Shown here one piece after another: positions 62,897-64,000 of a DNA stretch of 64,000 nucleotides. The translations under genes and the position numbers were made by a program. The notes below the pieces were generated by a model. The model worked only from the letters and a program-made list of their open reading frames with translations, ran no database searches and had not been told where the DNA came from. The first letter of the stretch is position 1. Each line of letters starts with the position of its first letter. Source of the DNA: Candidatus Enterousia sp. (GTDB lineage Bacteria; Pseudomonadota; Alphaproteobacteria; Rs-D84); assembly GCA_045645645.1 (NCBI GenBank), contig JAZRJE010000020.1, positions 2,249 through 66,248 of the forward strand, written 5' to 3'.

Positions 62897-63934
62897 TTAT
62901 TTTTTATTTGTTTTGCGAACTTTTTGTGCAGTATGTTTTAATTTTTGTTGAATTTGAGGTATTTTTTCTTTGGCCTGTTTTGCCCAAGCTTTCATTTTTG
63001 AGCGCAAATAATGTTCATATATGAAGAACAGGCCACCAACACCAATTAACGGTAATACATAATATATGATTCTGTATGCTAATAGTGCCCCAAAAATGTC
63101 CGCCTTGTCCAATGTGTCGGGCAGTGCTGTTAGAAATATTGTTTCAAATACGCCGATGCCTCCTGGAACTTGACTGAAAATACCAGTTGCTTGGGCGATA
63201 ACAAACAGGCCGATGAATGTGCCGAATGGTATTTGAACAAATGGTGTTAGACAAAAATATAAGACCAGACCAGCCAAAATGCTGTCCGCAATTCCCAACA
63301 GTATTTGAATTGTTGCAATCTTTGGTGTCGGTACCTGGAACTTTATTTGACCAATTCGTATGCTTTTCTTTTGAAATGCCATTGTCGATGCGAAATAAGC
63401 TAAGATTAGTGACAGGCATATGCCAAATAACCAGCCTAGTCCCATTGAAAGGCCTGCAGACTGCGATACTTGATCGTGTGGGATTAAAAAGTATCCAATT
63501 ACTACAATTGCTGCAACACCAAGAAAGTATGTTACACCTGACAATGTTAACATTTTGAATATATCAGATGCACGAATGCGCCAGCGGGTGTAAAGTCTAT
63601 ATCGAATCGCACCGCCACTTATTGCGGCATTGCCAGCGTTGTTACTGATTGCAAATCCCAGCATTCCTGCCAGCATCCATTTCCACCATGTGATGCGACC
63701 ACCAACGTAATTAAGTGCAAGATAATCATATAGTGACAACACTAAATATCCAGCAAAACATGCCAAACAGGCGGCGCATAAATTCGTCATTGGTATGTCT
63801 ATGATTGCATGGAATATATCTGATAAACTGTAGTTGCGCAGTTGCCACCACAGCATTGTTACGGCCAGTGCAAAAAAGAAAATACCTGAATAACTAATTA
63901 TTTTTTTTATCAGGCGTTTTGTCTGTGCTGACAT
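62897..63934 (-). CDS. Polytopic membrane protein, lysylphosphatidylglycerol-synthase-TM / flippase-like (UPF0104-like)
   Basis: AAGGA SD before the ATG at 63934 (MSAQTKRLIKKIISYSGIFFFALAVTMLWWQLR). About 8 TM segments. Basic C-terminal tail. Confidence 0.5.
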   Translation of the reverse strand: MSAQTKRLIKKIISYSGIFFFALAVTMLWWQLRNYSLSDIFHAIIDIPMTNLCAACLACFAGYLVLSLYDYLALNYVGGRITWWKWMLAGMLGFAISNNAGNAAISGGAIRYRLYTRWRIRASDIFKMLTLSGVTYFLGVAAIVVIGYFLIPHDQVSQSAGLSMGLGWLFGICLSLILAYFASTMAFQKKSIRIGQIKFQVPTPKIATIQILLGIADSILAGLVLYFCLTPFVQIPFGTFIGLFVIAQATGIFSQVPGGIGVFETIFLTALPDTLDKADIFGALLAYRIIYYVLPLIGVGGLFFIYEHYLRSKMKAWAKQAKEKIPQIQQKLKHTAQKVRKTNKK

Positions 63935-64000
63935 AAATATCCTTTTCAGGTGGTTTAGGATACCAATCATTAACATAAAAAGCAAATTTAAAAAAATTGC

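Overview
This is a moderately AT-rich chromosomal window. Its housekeeping backbone is grpE, tpiA, a ppiD-like gene, clpP-clpX, rpsF-rpsR-rplI, infA, recG, bamD, murJ, rlpA, nrdD-nrdG, tdk and rne. The motifs and gene order look alphaproteobacterial; this is inference only, since no database search was possible. Five accessory elements sit on this backbone. (1) A large paralogous family of signal-peptide-bearing, cysteine-rich, coiled-coil proteins is built from a recurring 4-Cys module, C-x6-C-x4/6-C-G-x-[ND]-[FWY]-x-[NK]-C. It occupies two loci (1-2008 and 22572-33585), and I do not recognise it as a named domain. It is my best candidate for an undescribed system. (2) Three tandem small secreted paralogs carry eukaryote-like GCC2/GCC3-type Cys repeats, near-identical DNA patches and poly-G tracts, and are followed by two GT2 glycosyltransferases. 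(3) The window also holds two autotransporter-type proteins (one with an N-terminal ankyrin repeat and a subtilase-like region), a porin-like outer-membrane protein and a MotA/MotB-like pair. (4) In the class III ribonucleotide reductase operon, the glycyl-radical domain is a separate 59-codon ORF below the ORF-track cutoff, and tandem NrdR-like boxes lie upstream. (5) An island of about 6.7 kb with visibly higher G+C is inserted at the 3' end of tRNA-Arg(ACG). It carries a large serine recombinase whose ORF crosses the junction, a GAATC iteron-like array, palindromic operator-like sites, a structured leader and Cys-rich lipoprotein cargo. Most operons end in short hairpin terminators flanked by an A-run and a T-run. 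I saw no rRNA, CRISPR array or transposase.
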